Assembly (NCBI GenBank): GCA_021613535.1
Contig: CP075493.1
Span: 13,268,001 to 13,332,000 of the forward strand
DNA from: Adineta vaga
Lineage: Eukaryota; Animalia; Rotifera
Reading direction: 5' to 3'
DNA length: 64,000 bases
The position numbers and the translations under genes are program-made. The notes under the pieces were generated by a model that saw only the letters and a list, made by a program, of their open reading frames with translations, ran no database searches and was not told where the DNA came from. Positions 25,086-38,913 of this stretch are shown piece by piece; positions within the stretch are counted from its first letter, which is position 1; the number at the start of each line of letters is the position of its first letter.

Positions 25086-26779
25086 TGAAAGTTTCAATAC
25101 AATTGATTGAGTACATTTTTAATAAGAATATAAAAAAGGTTTCGCAAACATAATCAGCACAATACATCAAATGAATAAATTGTTAACATTTTTTCAATCG
25201 ATAATAACCGGTGTCTCAGAATAAAGATGACAGGCAAAATTCTTTTAGGATTTCGATAGAACTTCATCTGTTTCAGCAAAATTACGTACTTTCATATCAC
25301 CCCAAAGTGTTTTAGAAGAAAGTGTTCTCACAAAATAAAAATAGCATATTCAAATTCAGTGTGATCAATTAGCCTCGTCTTCGTCGAGATCTCGAATGGG
25401 TACGTCTGGCGATAAGGAAAAAATATGTAAATAATTATCAATGCAACAATACATTGATAGAACGGAAAAAAAAGACTTCTCTTCGCACACAGAATTCGAA
25501 TTCGTCGTGTCATATATGCAATTCATTCTCTTTCCTTTTCTCTCTATTATCATTCATAAAACTCATTAAATAGTTCAATTTTATCTAGATATTCAAAAAA
25601 TAATATCATCTAAATTTGTTAATTTTTAACGAGAAAATTCTCCTTTTTTTTCTTATGTTCTTATGATAATTTTCAAGTGATTTCAATTGATAATCGTCAT
25701 GTTTATTTGTAACTGACTTCGTGATCTTTTCTGTTCTAAAATATCGATCAATAACTTAACTATCAATAGCTGTTAGATATTTTATTCGTTTATCATCAAC
25801 ATTCAGATCTGTTCAACATTCGTGTTCGTTTTTTTTCGCGCTCTATGTGTGAAAAAGAAGTAGACGAGAAACAAGCTAGACACGTCTTCTTTGAAGAAAA
25901 CAATCAAAATCTTCCATTGATCGTATGAAGTGAAAAATCAATCATTTCTTAATGCCAAAATTTATAAGTATAATCGTAAAGCGTATTTACAAATTGTTGA
26001 AAAAGTCCGAATCTCTTCTTCCTATAAAACCTACCATTTTCAAAAATAATTTATCAATAGAAATAAATTCTTTTAATTTGAATGTTTCGAAAGATTTCCG
26101 TTTCAACTCGACTGACTCTCAAAGTCAATTGGATCATCAAAAATTAAATCGAGATACATCTTGAGGACGTGGATGAGAGTGAGTGTATATCTTCTTCGCT
26201 CACATCCACACCCTCATCCATCATATGAGATGATTTTAATTCATGTGTTTAAGAATAGATCTTTATCTTATATACATTTGATGCTCAATCAATATATAAT
26301 CTTCTGATTTAATAATATTTTCTTTTAATTCACAGATTGAAAATCAATAGAAAATGTATGATATTCATGAAGATTTATGTATCGTTATACAAAACGGTTA
26401 AATATCGTTGTAACAATACTTTAAAATCACAGACTGCCATTTTCTCAAATAGGAAATTAAATGCAAAAACGAAATGACGTTCGTGTTTTGAACGCGTTTG
26501 ATCGCATTCGAACTGCATTTCAATTTCACATGGGTTCTTCCACTACGAATATCAGCGCTTCGAGATTCATCTTTTGTAACTTTGTAATCATTAGATTTAA
26601 TATTTATGACATAAAAAAAACTTAACTCAAAATTATCTACAACGATTGCATGGATATATCTTATGTATGTTAATAATATGTAACTTTTCAATTAGAAAGT
26701 TGACATATCGTGATGCATGTATTTCTGATAAGAAGATCAAAACACGAAATAATCTCAGTTTACATCAGATATCATCTTC

Positions 26780-27370
26780 ATTATTCTTATTGTCATTCGT
26801 AGTAGCATTAAAGACGAAAAAATTGAACAAAAAAAATTTTTGAACATGAAAAGGATATTGACATAATTCAGGTGAAAAAATATCTCTCAATATTTTGTTT
26901 TTAATAACAGGGATAACACTGATAAGGTTCAGCAAATATCAGTGTGGAAATAAAATAGAAAAAACCAATAAACATTAATCAACTGATTTATCAATAAGCT
27001 AAGCATCGATTACTACGTTGTTATGTTAAGACATTCCGAAGTGCAAATAGCGCTCGATCCAATGAAGCTAATATTAGATAGTAATACATTTTGCAATCAA
27101 TCGTTTTGTTAATTGTTGAATTGTACGAAAAAAAGCTGTTAACAGTGACGTAAATAAAATGGTTTACAAATAGAGTATATTGATAATACTGAATGTAATG
27201 AAATAAACAGAACTTGGATTTTTTCTCATTGTTTTTTGAGTAAATATAATACAATTTATCGCGCCACCAAGTGTACCTGCGAATAATAGAATGGGCTCGA
27301 TTGCATCACATAAATAGTTTACAATTTTCATGCAATAACTCATGATTTCAGCTGCTGCAAATGATGACAT
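26780..27370 (-). pseudogene. Rhodopsin-class GPCR pseudogene
   Basis: GTLGGAINCIIFTQKTMRKNPSSVYF (TM1-TM2) and LILASLDR (TM3 DRY-like) lie in different frames. Confidence 0.7.
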
Positions 27371-28096
27371 ATCAACGACTCGAAAAATTATATTTGAATA
27401 AAATTATAATATCCCATGCAATGAATTTATCTTTTCTCTCTCTCTCTCTCTTTTATATTTATATTACAACCAATCAGCAATTAAATCAATTCTATTATCG
27501 GTGTATAGCTTTGCTAAATTCATCTAAATGACATAATAAATTCGCATTGGTACACATATAAATTAATAGTTATCTATCTTAAAATCGAAAGAAAAGCTCT
27601 TAAACTTTATTCTTCTTCTAATATTTGAATACAAAAAGCTTATGAAAACGAAAAGAATTTTTATTCTTTTTTCCAAAGAAAGGAGTGTACGATAAGATAA
27701 TTTATTTACTCAATAACCTCTTTCTCTTGGATTTTATTTCATTAAGACCATAAAAAGTTCTTTGTAATAAACTAAATTTACAATTTTCTAGATCATTTCT
27801 CAAAGATATCTAGATGCGCATGTTGTTGAAATAAAATTTCCGTAGATACGCAAATCTATCTTATTTGCTCTGAACTTTTTCCAATTTACTAGTATAAAAA
27901 ACCTCTCATTATGCACGTAGAAATGTTTTAAAATAAATGTGTTGCAAAGGTATGAAGTATTCTTTTAAAAAAAAGTTTTTTATCGAGTTGTAAAGAATTG
28001 ACGTCAGATGGAAATACTTTATTCCAAGCAAAAAAAGGAAAGAAAAGAGACCGAGAAAGTTTTGAAGATCTTGAATAAATATAATAGTTAAAATGT

Positions 28097-28528
28097 TCAA
28101 TTCTTCATCGGCAGAACAATGGATGATAATAAATCAGCAGCATGTTTCAATTCTTCTCTTTTGAATGTGAGAAATTCAAAACCAAATGCACCTTTAACTT
28201 CAAGCGATTTTGGTCGATCACCACAACACTCTTTGCAGAGGAGTAAAGGCCATGTACAAGTCAAAATCATAAATGTAACAGTTAGACAGGAATTCATTGT
28301 TTGACCATTTGATTCTTTCATTAATTCACTATCACGCATAAAGATAGCTGTATCAATATGAGGACCTTCGCCACAACAACATGCACTTGGTTGTTGATTT
28401 CGAGCAATCACTCGTTTATCCGTAAATATAATAGTCGATTTTGGTCCACAACAGGAAGAACATCCTTCATTACATTGATATGCTCGAATAAAACGTTCGT
28501 TATCAAGTGTAGAGAATGTATTTCTCAA
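28097..28528 (-). CDS. Cys-cluster PH-like (GRAM/bPH-type) small protein, 5' end unclear
   Basis: ERFIRAY..IIFTDKRVI..; CC/CCC clusters; central hydrophobic segment. Confidence 0.45.
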   Translation of the reverse strand: MRNTFSTLDNERFIRAYQCNEGCSSCCGPKSTIIFTDKRVIARNQQPSACCCGEGPHIDTAIFMRDSELMKESNGQTMNSCLTVTFMILTCTWPLLLCKECCGDRPKSLEVKGAFGFEFLTFKREELKHAADLLSSIVLPMKN

Positions 28529-28827
28529 AATTTATTGTATCGACCGGTTGTACTGTCACTGGCCTAATTGATTCTTATATTTATAAAATGAATAACTTCC
28601 GATTTTACTTACATTTTCTGAATAAATAGTTATGTTAGGGGAAAAAAAACAAAAGAAATTGAATAAAAAATTGAGTTTTCTTTGTCGCCGTTTCCTACTC
28701 AGCCAAAAATGAAGTGACTGAATAGACAATTGAATACTTCTAAATATATTAGAAAAAACTCTTTCTCTCTTTCCTTTCTGAGAGAAAAATTTCAAATTCT
28801 GAATTTTCTGTTAACCTATCCCTTTAT

Positions 28828-29684
28828 CGTGTGTTCTGTTTTGTGGACATTTTTCCTTAATTGGTGAAAAAAAGTTTCCGCAAAGTAGAAACGGGGGGAG
28901 AAAAACTAAATTGTCCGCATAAGAGAAAGTGTCTGCAATGTGGAATCAAAGGAGAGAGATAGAGAAACAACATGATAACATTATAAAGCAAAAGAAAGTT
29001 TATTTTACCAAAAATTAAGAAAATTTTTTTATAACAGATAATTGGGTGACTAATTGTCCTTTGATTCATAATCAAGATCGTCTTTTTCATTAGCATCAAA
29101 CACCTGGATATATGGATAAGGTTCTTTATCGATTCTTTGTTTGATAGATTGAATACATTCATATACATTGAAAGACATTTTTGGTGGATGTTGATAATCA
29201 TGGGTTCCGTCTGGGTTAATATATTTCATCTTGATAATAGAAGATTTCTGTGTTTTGATCGAAGCTTTGCATAATTTCTTTGTACAAGCCCACATTTTGC
29301 TCCCATCCATGCTTTTTCGTTTCAATCCAAAATGATAATCTTTGAAAATAATGCCTTCCTTTTCACGTTGCGTGGTAATCACAAAAAAGTTATCCGAATT
29401 CATGCTTGATGTTAATTATTATTCGATATGCTTTCTTGTCTGTGGCTTTAAATAGATGCAAGGGTGGTGTTTCTCCTTTGTTATGGTTACCCTGGTTACA
29501 TATCATGCGATATGTTCACTTTATTCGATAATGTAATCATCATTGTTTCTCTATCGCTTTCCCTGGATTCCATATTGCGGACACTTACTCTTATGCGGCC
29601 ATTTTAGTTTCTCTCTCCCCGTTTCTACTTTGTGGTCATTTTCTGTTAATTGGTAAAAAAAATGTCCGCAAAGTAGAATTAGCC
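28828..29684 (-). mobile_element. Non-autonomous Mutator(MULE)-like element with FLYWCH remnant
   Basis: ~120-bp imperfect TIRs (ccgcaaagtagaaacgggg...ccgcataagag...ggaatc). Flanked by the direct repeat CCCTTTAT (28820-28827 and 29685-29692). Internal FLYWCH ORF. Confidence 0.8.
29050..29403 (-). pseudogene. FLYWCH zinc-finger N-terminus of a MULE transposase (DDE domain deleted)
   Basis: IFKDYHF..WACTKKLCKASI..HDYQH pattern. Confidence 0.7.
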
Positions 29685-30547
29685 CCCTTTATACGAATGA
29701 GTTGATTGTGCTGATTAATTCTTCGAATTGTACATGACTATTAATTAGTGCGTTCATTAATTTCCCAGTAATTAATACACATAAACCTGCCTTCACAGTT
29801 TCTCTTTTTCTCTTTTTTTTTTGCAAAAATTTAAACATCACCATATATAAGTCTTAACAAATGCGAAGTAATAATACCAACAAGAAAATTTAAAATACAA
29901 TCAAAGAAAAGAAGAAAGAAAAAAAGAGAAGAAGTGGAATGCCAGACATAGACCATATAGAAAATGAACTGGGTAAAAAAATAATCATGAAGTTTATAAC
30001 TATCGATAATAGTTAATTTTAAGTACTATGATACAGTGATGATTTGTTTTCTGAAAGTATATAAAAAATCAACATTTGGCTCTCTTTCTGATATTCAATA
30101 TCATCTGCCATGAAAACTTGTTAAATTATACTACATATTATTACTTTCCAAGTTTTATTTCATTGCGATGTTTTCACCATAATATTTCATCTGTATTGTT
30201 TCTTAATACGAACGGTTGAAATTTCAATTATTTCTTATACATGTATATGCCTTTCTAGAGTTACATGCATTGAATTATGACGTATTTCAATGACATTTCA
30301 ATGAAAAATCATTCCCATCTCCTATCTTCGTTTTAAGAACGATCTTTTTCTCATTAAATTTGATATTTTAGTATTAAATGTTTCTTTTTATTCTCTGTGA
30401 TGAAAATGCTATTGTTTTGTTGGAAGATGAAAAGTGATATGGGAAAAATAGATAACCTTTTTTCAGTTTTAAATATATTGTACCCTCAGAAAAGCTTTTT
30501 AATTCATACTACGAGTGAATCTAATAGAAAAAAGGCAGTATATTATA

Positions 30548-31370
30548 ATGGATCATCTTCGTTTACGTTCAATTCTTTTGAATCTTCAAGATCGTCTTAG
30601 TAAATGATGATCGACAACGTCTTCATTTTTATCTTGGTCCTGATGTTCCACGACGAATTCGAGATGATTCAACACTTGTTGGTACTCTCAAACTAATGGA
30701 ATCTCTTTTTGATCAGAATATAATTAACGATAAAGATTTCAATTATCTTATCAATGCATTTGAAGACATTCATTGTTCTGATGCTGCGCAACTATTGATA
30801 GGTATAGGCCTACTATTTTTTGTGTGGGACATTATTTTCCTATTGTTATATGTAGAACATCGGAATCGAAATCGTGCAAATGATGTAAATCAATCGATAC
30901 AAAGCTTGTCAGAAATCATGCCACCTATTGTAAATCAAATTCTTGAAGATCAAGTTGACGACGATGATGAAAATAAAAGCACTTTCGATTCTTGTAAGTA
31001 ATTTCTGGTCTTTAGCGATCGAATATGTTACTTCAATCAAACTTTCATTTAGTTTTACGTCGAAACTCGAATACCTATGATGAAAATGAGATAATAGTTA
31101 ACAACAATGATACAGATATAAAAAAAGAAGCTTCTAGAAACGTATCATCATCAAAGGTGAAAAGAAAGAAGCGGTTGAAGAAAGGTCTATCACTACTTGG
31201 TTTATTATTTTTTATTACAAGTATCGGATTGATAATTCTCTATATCTCGCAAAAAAAAACAATTAAAATCTCGAATGAAAGTATGTTAAACAGTCTTTTT
31301 GAAAATAGATTTTACTATGAACTCAATATTTAAATGTAACAGTTAATCAGAAAATGAACAATTTAAGGAT
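30548..31370 (+). pseudogene. Death-effector-domain + TM protein with a +1 frameshift
   Basis: LRSILLNLQDRLS / NDDRQRLHFYLG..LMESLFDQNII..YLINAF. One extra A near 30603 breaks the frame. TM (GLSLLGLLFFITSIGLIILYI) in a later exon. Confidence 0.65.
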
Positions 31371-32337
31371 GTGAGTTCATACGATCTATTGACTTTTATT
31401 GAAGGAAGTATGATTGTTCTCTTTTAAAATCTATCTATATTATTCGAATCTAGTATACTCTGCACATTTCAGCAATTAAAAATACTTTCACTTTGAGATA
31501 CTATGATGCCAAATAAATAGCATCATTTTTTTAAGAATAGAAGGGACTCTTGAAAATTTTCCATGTCGAAATAAAGATTATCCTTACGACTGAAATCATT
31601 GGTGTCTCACAAAGCCTGGCAAGAATTTTTATAAGTGCTGATGTTTTGAGCATATAGAACAACTTGTCAAGAGTAAATACAGGTACTTGAGAATATTGTC
31701 ATATACAAGTAATACCACATAGGATCAGAAATCTTCTTTTACTCTCATCGACTTTGACCTATCAATGGTGAAATATTTCATTGTTATACAATTATAACGA
31801 CTGTTCATCAAAAATGGAAGTGGAGAAAGGAATAACTACTTTTTTTTCTAAATATCACTATTATGAATAGTGTAACCCTGTCTAACGTAAGTCGTAAATA
31901 TAAATATTCAACAACCTAATATAATAGCTATACGTAATTCGTTGAAATCGTAATCGTTTTTACATGTTGGCCAATTGATAAGTTAGAAAGCACTACAATA
32001 TATATATAACTCAAGGACGTTCTCACGATCATTCAATGTATCATAGTTGTAGTTCAAAACTTTGCTTAGTTGATTATTTCCCATACTTCATGCGTCTTTC
32101 GAGGGTATATGTGAACCTACTTCTCTGTATATATGTATATCGATTCCTATAATCACAGTAGCACCATTCTCACCAATCTAAACATTGATCTTAACAGTCT
32201 GCATATCTAAAAAGAAGTCGAAAGAATAGACGCTGGAGTTAATCAATGAGTCTCTAAACATAGGTAAATAACAGTAAATTCATGAAACTTCTCTAATCAC
32301 TTCATACAATTTAGGTTCATCATTTTCCAGCCCGCAA

Positions 32338-33441
32338 ATGATTTCAGTAGCGACTCAAGACCTCAACAACTCTAACAGCAAAACAACTAACTCTTCTCCT
32401 ACCATTCAGATCACCTTTAATATAGATACCGTTTACATCAAATTTCCTCACTCAATACAACCTAACAACTATAATGGAACGCGGGAAACTCAACAAAACT
32501 GGTCACATTCGAATTATACTGATTTATCTAGAAATTTATTTAGCATTGCTGTGCTCTATGCCAAGATAGAAGAGCGCTCAAGAACTTTGGAAAACTATAC
32601 TTATATTGCGCAAAGAATTGAAAACGATTCTTTTCATGCAGACCAAACGGACAAAGTCGCCAGTTACAACAAAATTGCCGCACAATGTTTCAAAACCGGA
32701 AACTATTCCAGAGCCCTCGAATACTACAACAAGATTCAGCAAATATTACAGAATTCTTCTTCAGTTCATCCAAACTTAGCTGCTACATATATCAACATCG
32801 GTCTAGTGTATTCCCAAACGGAAGAGTACACGAAAGCTGTCACAATGTATGAGAAGGTACTAGAAATTCAAAACAGATCACTTCCGACCAATCACTCAGA
32901 TCTAGCCAGAAGTTACAATAGAATCGGTGCGACATATTACAAGATGTAGGAATTCTCCAAAGCTCTTGAGAACTATCACAAGGCTTTAACAATTCAATTA
33001 ATACCTATTGCTGCAACACAATCAGATTTACCCACGACTTACAATAACATTGGTTTAGTGTATTATAAGATGGAAGATCATTTGAGAGCTCTCGAAAACT
33101 ATAACAAGGCCCTGGAAATCCAACTGAAATCTCTTCCTTCCGATCATCATGACTTATCTGTAACTCACAACAACATCGGCATAGTATATTCCAAAACGAA
33201 CGAACCCTCAAAAGCTCTCGAAAACTATAACAAAGCTCTGGAAATTCAACAAAATTCTTTACCTTTAGACCATCCTGACTTATTTGTGACTTACAACAAT
33301 ATTGGTGCAATTTATTCCAGTATTGGAGAGTATACAAGAGCTCTTGAATATTTTAGCAAAGCGCTAGAAATCAAAAAGAAGAATTCACAGAAAACGGACG
33401 CTACTGTAACAGGTGATTTGAAGGATATGGTTCTGAGGTGA
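32338..33441 (+). pseudogene. TPR-repeat (kinesin-light-chain/nephrocystin-3-type 42-aa) protein with one in-frame TAG
   Basis: Repeats HPxLAxxYNNIG..Y..ALE.Y.KALEI continue in the same frame across the TAG at 32947-32949. Confidence 0.75.
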
Positions 33442-35436
33442 AGATTCACGCTGGGATATCTAAAATATCAATGAATGGATTATTTTCTACTTTTAGATTG
33501 TAAGGTGTTTTGTCGTGATGAATTCAAAATAATAGTTATTACTCTTTGAGCTAGTATTTAAAAATAAATTCTAATTTTGCTTCGTATCATGCAGTTCTAT
33601 ATATTTAATCGTGAGAGAAAAGTCAATTGAAAAGCTAGATTGAACAAGGTAATTACATCAGATAGAAAACTAAGAAGACAGATAGGGAAGTGAGGAAAAT
33701 CTTAATTGAAAATATTCGGGAAAAGTGTCTCGACTATATACGTAAGAATTGTTTGTTCGTTAAAAGAAATTGAAACATTCAGTAAGCATTCACTGTGTCG
33801 TTTTAAACAGAGCACGCCTTATTCGGTTTTAAATATGATTCCGTTTTTATCACAGTATTTAAATGACTATAGTTGATGAGCATACACGATTTACGAATCT
33901 AAATTAAGGAATTAAATTGTATGAATTGTTCAGAATATAGTGCAGCCTATAATCTAACTATATGATCAGTAATGATTCATTAGTGACTCTCTGTGTTCGG
34001 TTTACTCCTGAGATTTTACTTGTTGCACAAGGTGAGTTACAACGGTATGAAAGATCAATAAAAATATCTTCATTTTATTCGATAATGATTCAGAATGGTT
34101 TATATTTGATATAATATGCAAGATCAATTGAAAGCCTTGTATTATATTGGCAGTCAACTTCTATAGCGATCCAGGATCAAATCCCATTGTACAGCCCGAC
34201 TTTATCATGGCATTGTCAGTCGTTTGAATAAGAAATATAGGAATATTTCATTACATTAGGTGATTTACAACATGATTACAAGCTGGAATGAGTATTGATC
34301 ACTGTGAGGGAAAATGTTGGTCTCCTGTTGCTTGATCACGAAGTTGAAGTCTTTCACATCCTCTCACGCTATCTTGAATGTGCAAATATACACGGGTAAC
34401 AAGTGATACTCTATGTTAGCATTTAGTCATAAAAACTGCAAGAACATCAAACATTCAGTTATATTTTGCTATCAATTTTATTAATATTAAATTAAAGGAT
34501 GAATTCGATGTGTCGTTTGTTTACAGATTATTAGCATGCAGAGTTTTTCTTTCAATCCAGACAATGTTAGAGATTTGAATAAGAGAATTTCTGAATAGTA
34601 AGACTTGCTCTGATATTTATTGATTTGCATTATGAAGTCCGTATCTTTATATAGTTTAATATATTGTATCTGCACGCAAAGGTGTGATGTTCAGGGAAGA
34701 CGAAAACTGTTACTTTTTATTTTCTTTTGCTTGGATACTTAATATAAAATGATATACTCAAGCATGTAATAAATTCTCTGTATGCCGTATCGAATTATAT
34801 TTGGCACTTTATACTACATAGAGATCATATTCGTTCCGTATTTTTGTGACGATTTTTTCATGGAGTCTTTATGAATATAATTCAAAGAAACGACGTATTA
34901 ATCATTCAAGGATGACTAATGTATGATAAAATCGGATGTCGCAAAAATCAGCAATGTAATATGTAGAAAAAGAGAGTGTTTTCAAGTTGTTTTTTACAGC
35001 CAAAAGCATGCATGTCGTATAGATGAAATTGTTTATATTATACATAAAAATCGTTGAGAAGCACTTTGGAAAAAAAACATACCTCTACTCTTGCTTACAT
35101 TCTAGAAGATTTTGCTTTTTTAGTATTACCACGTGGATGCAATGGCAAGTGAACGACCAGCATTGTATTTTTCTATTTACATTTTTTTTTCAGTTAGTAG
35201 ATGTGAGTATCTATGCACCCAGAGTAATTTATATTGTATCCGTGTTTGAAATTACAATACTATGTTAACTGAATTATTAATTTGTATGTCAGAATAATTA
35301 CGAGACTAGACAGGATTGGAGATAAACACAGAATCCAGACATATAACCCATCCTTTGCGTTCGTCATTGATCATGTTCGACTAAATATATATGTTCAAAA
35401 AGAAAATATATAGCTTTTGAATTCTTCTTTAGATCG

Positions 35437-35874
35437 ATGGCTAATTTACTTATAATTCCTTTTCGTTTACCAGATCTTCCATTGAATGAACTACCGAATC
35501 GGATAGTTTATTGTTCAACCTTTGAAGAAATTCGTGTTGCACTGGCAAGTAATAACACGTCGAATACAGTCATCATATGTACACCTGATGAACTTTATGA
35601 ATTGAGTTTTTTGAATAATGGTAACTGGATTAATATGGTGTATGTCCTTCACACCGTTGAAGATACCCACTGGGAAGCCAGCAACAATTGGAACTGGGAC
35701 AAAACTAAAATTGTGCATAGTGATAACGAAATGATGCGCGAATTATTAATGAAGAACGTTGTCTTCTTGTTGGAAAGAGGTGCAGAATATCTAAACAATG
35801 GAGATAATGATACCGCTTCTGTATTTTTCAATGACTCACTTAAAAACTTGCAGAATACATCCAACTATGAGTGA
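35437..35874 (+). CDS. Unknown 145-aa protein (paralog A)
   Basis: Intact ORF; aligns by eye with 37051-37506. Confidence 0.65.
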   Translation: MANLLIIPFRLPDLPLNELPNRIVYCSTFEEIRVALASNNTSNTVIICTPDELYELSFLNNGNWINMVYVLHTVEDTHWEASNNWNWDKTKIVHSDNEMMRELLMKNVVFLLERGAEYLNNGDNDTASVFFNDSLKNLQNTSNYE

Positions 35875-37050
35875 TTGCTATGTTATTGATCTTGTTCGAC
35901 GAATTACAAATAATTAACCTTACCATTTAAGCAGACAAATTTTCTGTATAGATATATTTATAAAGTTATTTATGCCAGAAAAACTTAATAAAAAATAAAT
36001 CTTTTTATTAACATTACAGTTATTTCGTTTGTTTCTTACATTTTCCGCATTATAATAATTCGTGCTGTTAATACTTTATGACGAATAGTAATTTTTTTAT
36101 TTATTGCTTCTAAATTACAACTTCGAAGGATTACTGATCTCCAATTTGAGTCGATTAAAGAATATTTCTTTTCAATAGCCGACTAACTAATGAACATATT
36201 TATAAATAGTAAATATCAACCAAAAGTGTTGTCTAGAAAATAATTTAATAGCTTATAGAATTATTTAAAGTTTTCAGAAAGACACAAAGAGGACTTACAC
36301 GCGAGCCTTGCAATTAATATATCCTCCAAGTTGATCAATAATATACAGAGAAGACAGACCTGCCTTTAAATGACAATTGCAGCAATACATAATCACGGAT
36401 TGTAATATGAACATACTACAGGTTTTCTGAATTTCATGAATTTCTAGTGATGTACTTTTTCAGCGACGGCATTTAGCTTTAAGAAGCGAAATAAGCGCAA
36501 TGAATCAGTCAGAAAAAATGACATTCGAATACAAAAAAAAACGTTTTCTACCTGAAACGATAATATTTGTTCGCGGAAAATAATGCAGTTTCATCAAATA
36601 TTTCAAGAACAAAAAAGAAACAACATTGTTTGCCTACTGTTTTCTTTCCAACAACCGTCGCCATTTTAATGTTTAGAGCTATAATTACCAGTCTTCAAAA
36701 AATTTCGACAAAAATAGTCTATTTGCTTAGCATTATTCATATAAAAGAGAGCCAAATGCGGTAACAAAAAGTAGTGCCGATTATGTCAATGTCTGGTAAG
36801 TAATTCTACATTTACTTTTGTGTAATTTCTAACTCATTTTCTACCATTCATATCTCATTATGCTTTTAAAGTCAGTAACTTAAGGGGATAGCAACATATG
36901 ATAACCATTAAGATATGTGTTTCATAAAATAATTTGTAGGGCTGTTCAGCACATTTAAAACAGTATTTTTACTAGGTCTTGTTTCTAGAAACTTTTAAAT
37001 AAATTATTATTACTTTAATTTTATCAGAAACAAAAACTAATTCTGAAACG

Positions 37051-37506
37051 ATGTGCAATTCAGGTTGCCTGTCCGAAATTGTTTCAATAATTATTTATCA
37101 ACTTTCACATCTTGCAACTACAGGCTTAACCAATCCAGTAATTCACTGTTCGACTTTAATTGAATTTCAAGCAGCATTAACGGCAGCTTGTTCACCACCT
37201 CCTATTGTTGTTTCTCTATCGGATCAGTGCGCTGAGTTGGATATACTGACTAATGGTATTCCTATGACTGAAGTGTATATTCTTTGTACCGAAGCAAACT
37301 TTACTTTGAAAAAAAATACTTCCCGCCGGACAGATATCAAAATTGTTTACAGTGAAAAAGAATTGATGCGCCATCTATGTATGAAAAGTATGCTAAGTTT
37401 CTATCAACATGCCATCAAATATAAAAACAGCGGAGATATGGCTACTGGTAATTTGTTCGCAAGATATGCTCTGAACTCATTGAAATATACGGCGGAATTT
37501 GAATGA
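37051..37506 (+). CDS. Unknown 151-aa protein (paralog B)
   Basis: Shares CST..E...AL, VY[VI]L, KIV.S..E.MR.L.MK and Y.N.GD..T...F....L..L with paralog A. Confidence 0.65.
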   Translation: MCNSGCLSEIVSIIIYQLSHLATTGLTNPVIHCSTLIEFQAALTAACSPPPIVVSLSDQCAELDILTNGIPMTEVYILCTEANFTLKKNTSRRTDIKIVYSEKELMRHLCMKSMLSFYQHAIKYKNSGDMATGNLFARYALNSLKYTAEFE

Positions 37507-38121
37507 TTATCACAATAATGTCTTGCTTCAAAAATAGTAAATGACGCTTGACTCACTTTTCTATTTTATTCAGACTTCATAAATGTTGTTTTTAATGAGA
37601 TACAGAGAGTTTCCTTGAACACATCAAATAATTATAATTTTTGTGCAAAATACGTCTTGAATAAAACACGAAAGAATAATGGTTATATACATGGCTCTCA
37701 CTCTTCATATGTTCATTTTCTTTTAAATAAAGTTAAGAAGTTGTTATAACGTTGATTCTTTAAAATATTTTTCAATCGCATTGTTGTAAGTATGTAAAGA
37801 ATATATAATTTTATTTTTCACTTCAAAACGGCATAGATATGTTTTCTTTTTCTATTCTTCGAAAAGTTCGGCGATATACTTAGATATTGTGCTGATGATG
37901 TATTCGTTTTTCTAAGAAATCAAAATGAAATATCGCGATATAAAAGCTTTTCGTTACAAATTAAATGTAATTTCATTATGAATATTAATATTAATTTTAT
38001 TTCAATGCATTTATTTACATTTTTTCGACGAATTTGATACTTCCGATCGCATGACAGATCTCTCCATATAAATATGTGAACTATCATATTTAATTCATAT
38101 GAAGTTTTACATTAGATTTCT

Positions 38122-38307
38122 ATGTCTGCAACGAATACGCCATCTACTGAATCCGTGACACAAGTTCAAGATCTGATCGATCAAAGTTTGATTGCGAGTG
38201 TGGAAGGTCGGTGTATAGCAGCCGCTGAAATAAGAGCACAGATTGAAACTATTATATTGGCATCTTTTCCTGAATGTCAAAAATCTGGTGAAGCTGGAGA
38301 TACTTAG
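38122..38307 (+). CDS. Small 61-aa hypothetical protein
   Basis: ATG ORF with higher GC than its flanks, acceptor-like ttag directly upstream, AATAAA downstream. Confidence 0.4.
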   Translation: MSATNTPSTESVTQVQDLIDQSLIASVEGRCIAAAEIRAQIETIILASFPECQKSGEAGDT

Positions 38308-38913
38308 TACTAAGATATTGTCTGAAGTTAAATAAATGGTACAATGAACGTAAATATTGACAATTATGACTCATCTAATTATTTGTATCGATTTTAGAAG
38401 TAGTTTTATACTTTTTTTCTGAAAAAAACCCGATAAATTACTATAAGAAGAACAAAGTTTTCTTTGATTTGAAATCATTGAATTCAACTTCAGAGTGAAA
38501 CTTATCGATATTTTTGAGAAAAAACATCGAATGCATATAAAGCATTAAAGTATATATCTTTTAATTTCAACAACTTTGATAAGAATGTATGTGTACAATT
38601 TGATCGACCAAACCGGTTGATTTGGTTGTAATACAAAAAGAGAATATATTAACTTGAAAGTCTATGTCTCAATATGAATTAATCATAAAACTGACGCTTC
38701 TTAAAGATGTCTTATTTCTACACATTTCTTCTACTTAATCGTTTTCTGTTGAGTCCTAGAAAAATTTTGAGTAGAAATAGTACTAATTGCTATCACACTG
38801 TGGTTTAGATGATAAAATGAATGAAAAACATCAGTTCTAGTTTATTTGTTTATTTATATAATAACACCAGAAAAATCCTTTTTTCCCTTCCTTGAAAATA
38901 AATCATGTTCGAT

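Noticed and set aside
25170-25514. Signal-anchor ORF fragment
   Set aside because: Multiple stops and no recognisable family; too degraded to call.
32947-32949. Alternative genetic code (TAR reassigned) explaining the in-frame stops
   Set aside because: Many intact genes in the window end at TAA or TAG, and long ORFs lack internal TAR codons.
35420-38125. SL trans-splicing/operon suggested by acceptors just before three ATGs
   Set aside because: Each has a plausible upstream GT(A/G)AGT donor (~35203, ~36797, ~37786), so ordinary 5'UTR introns suffice.
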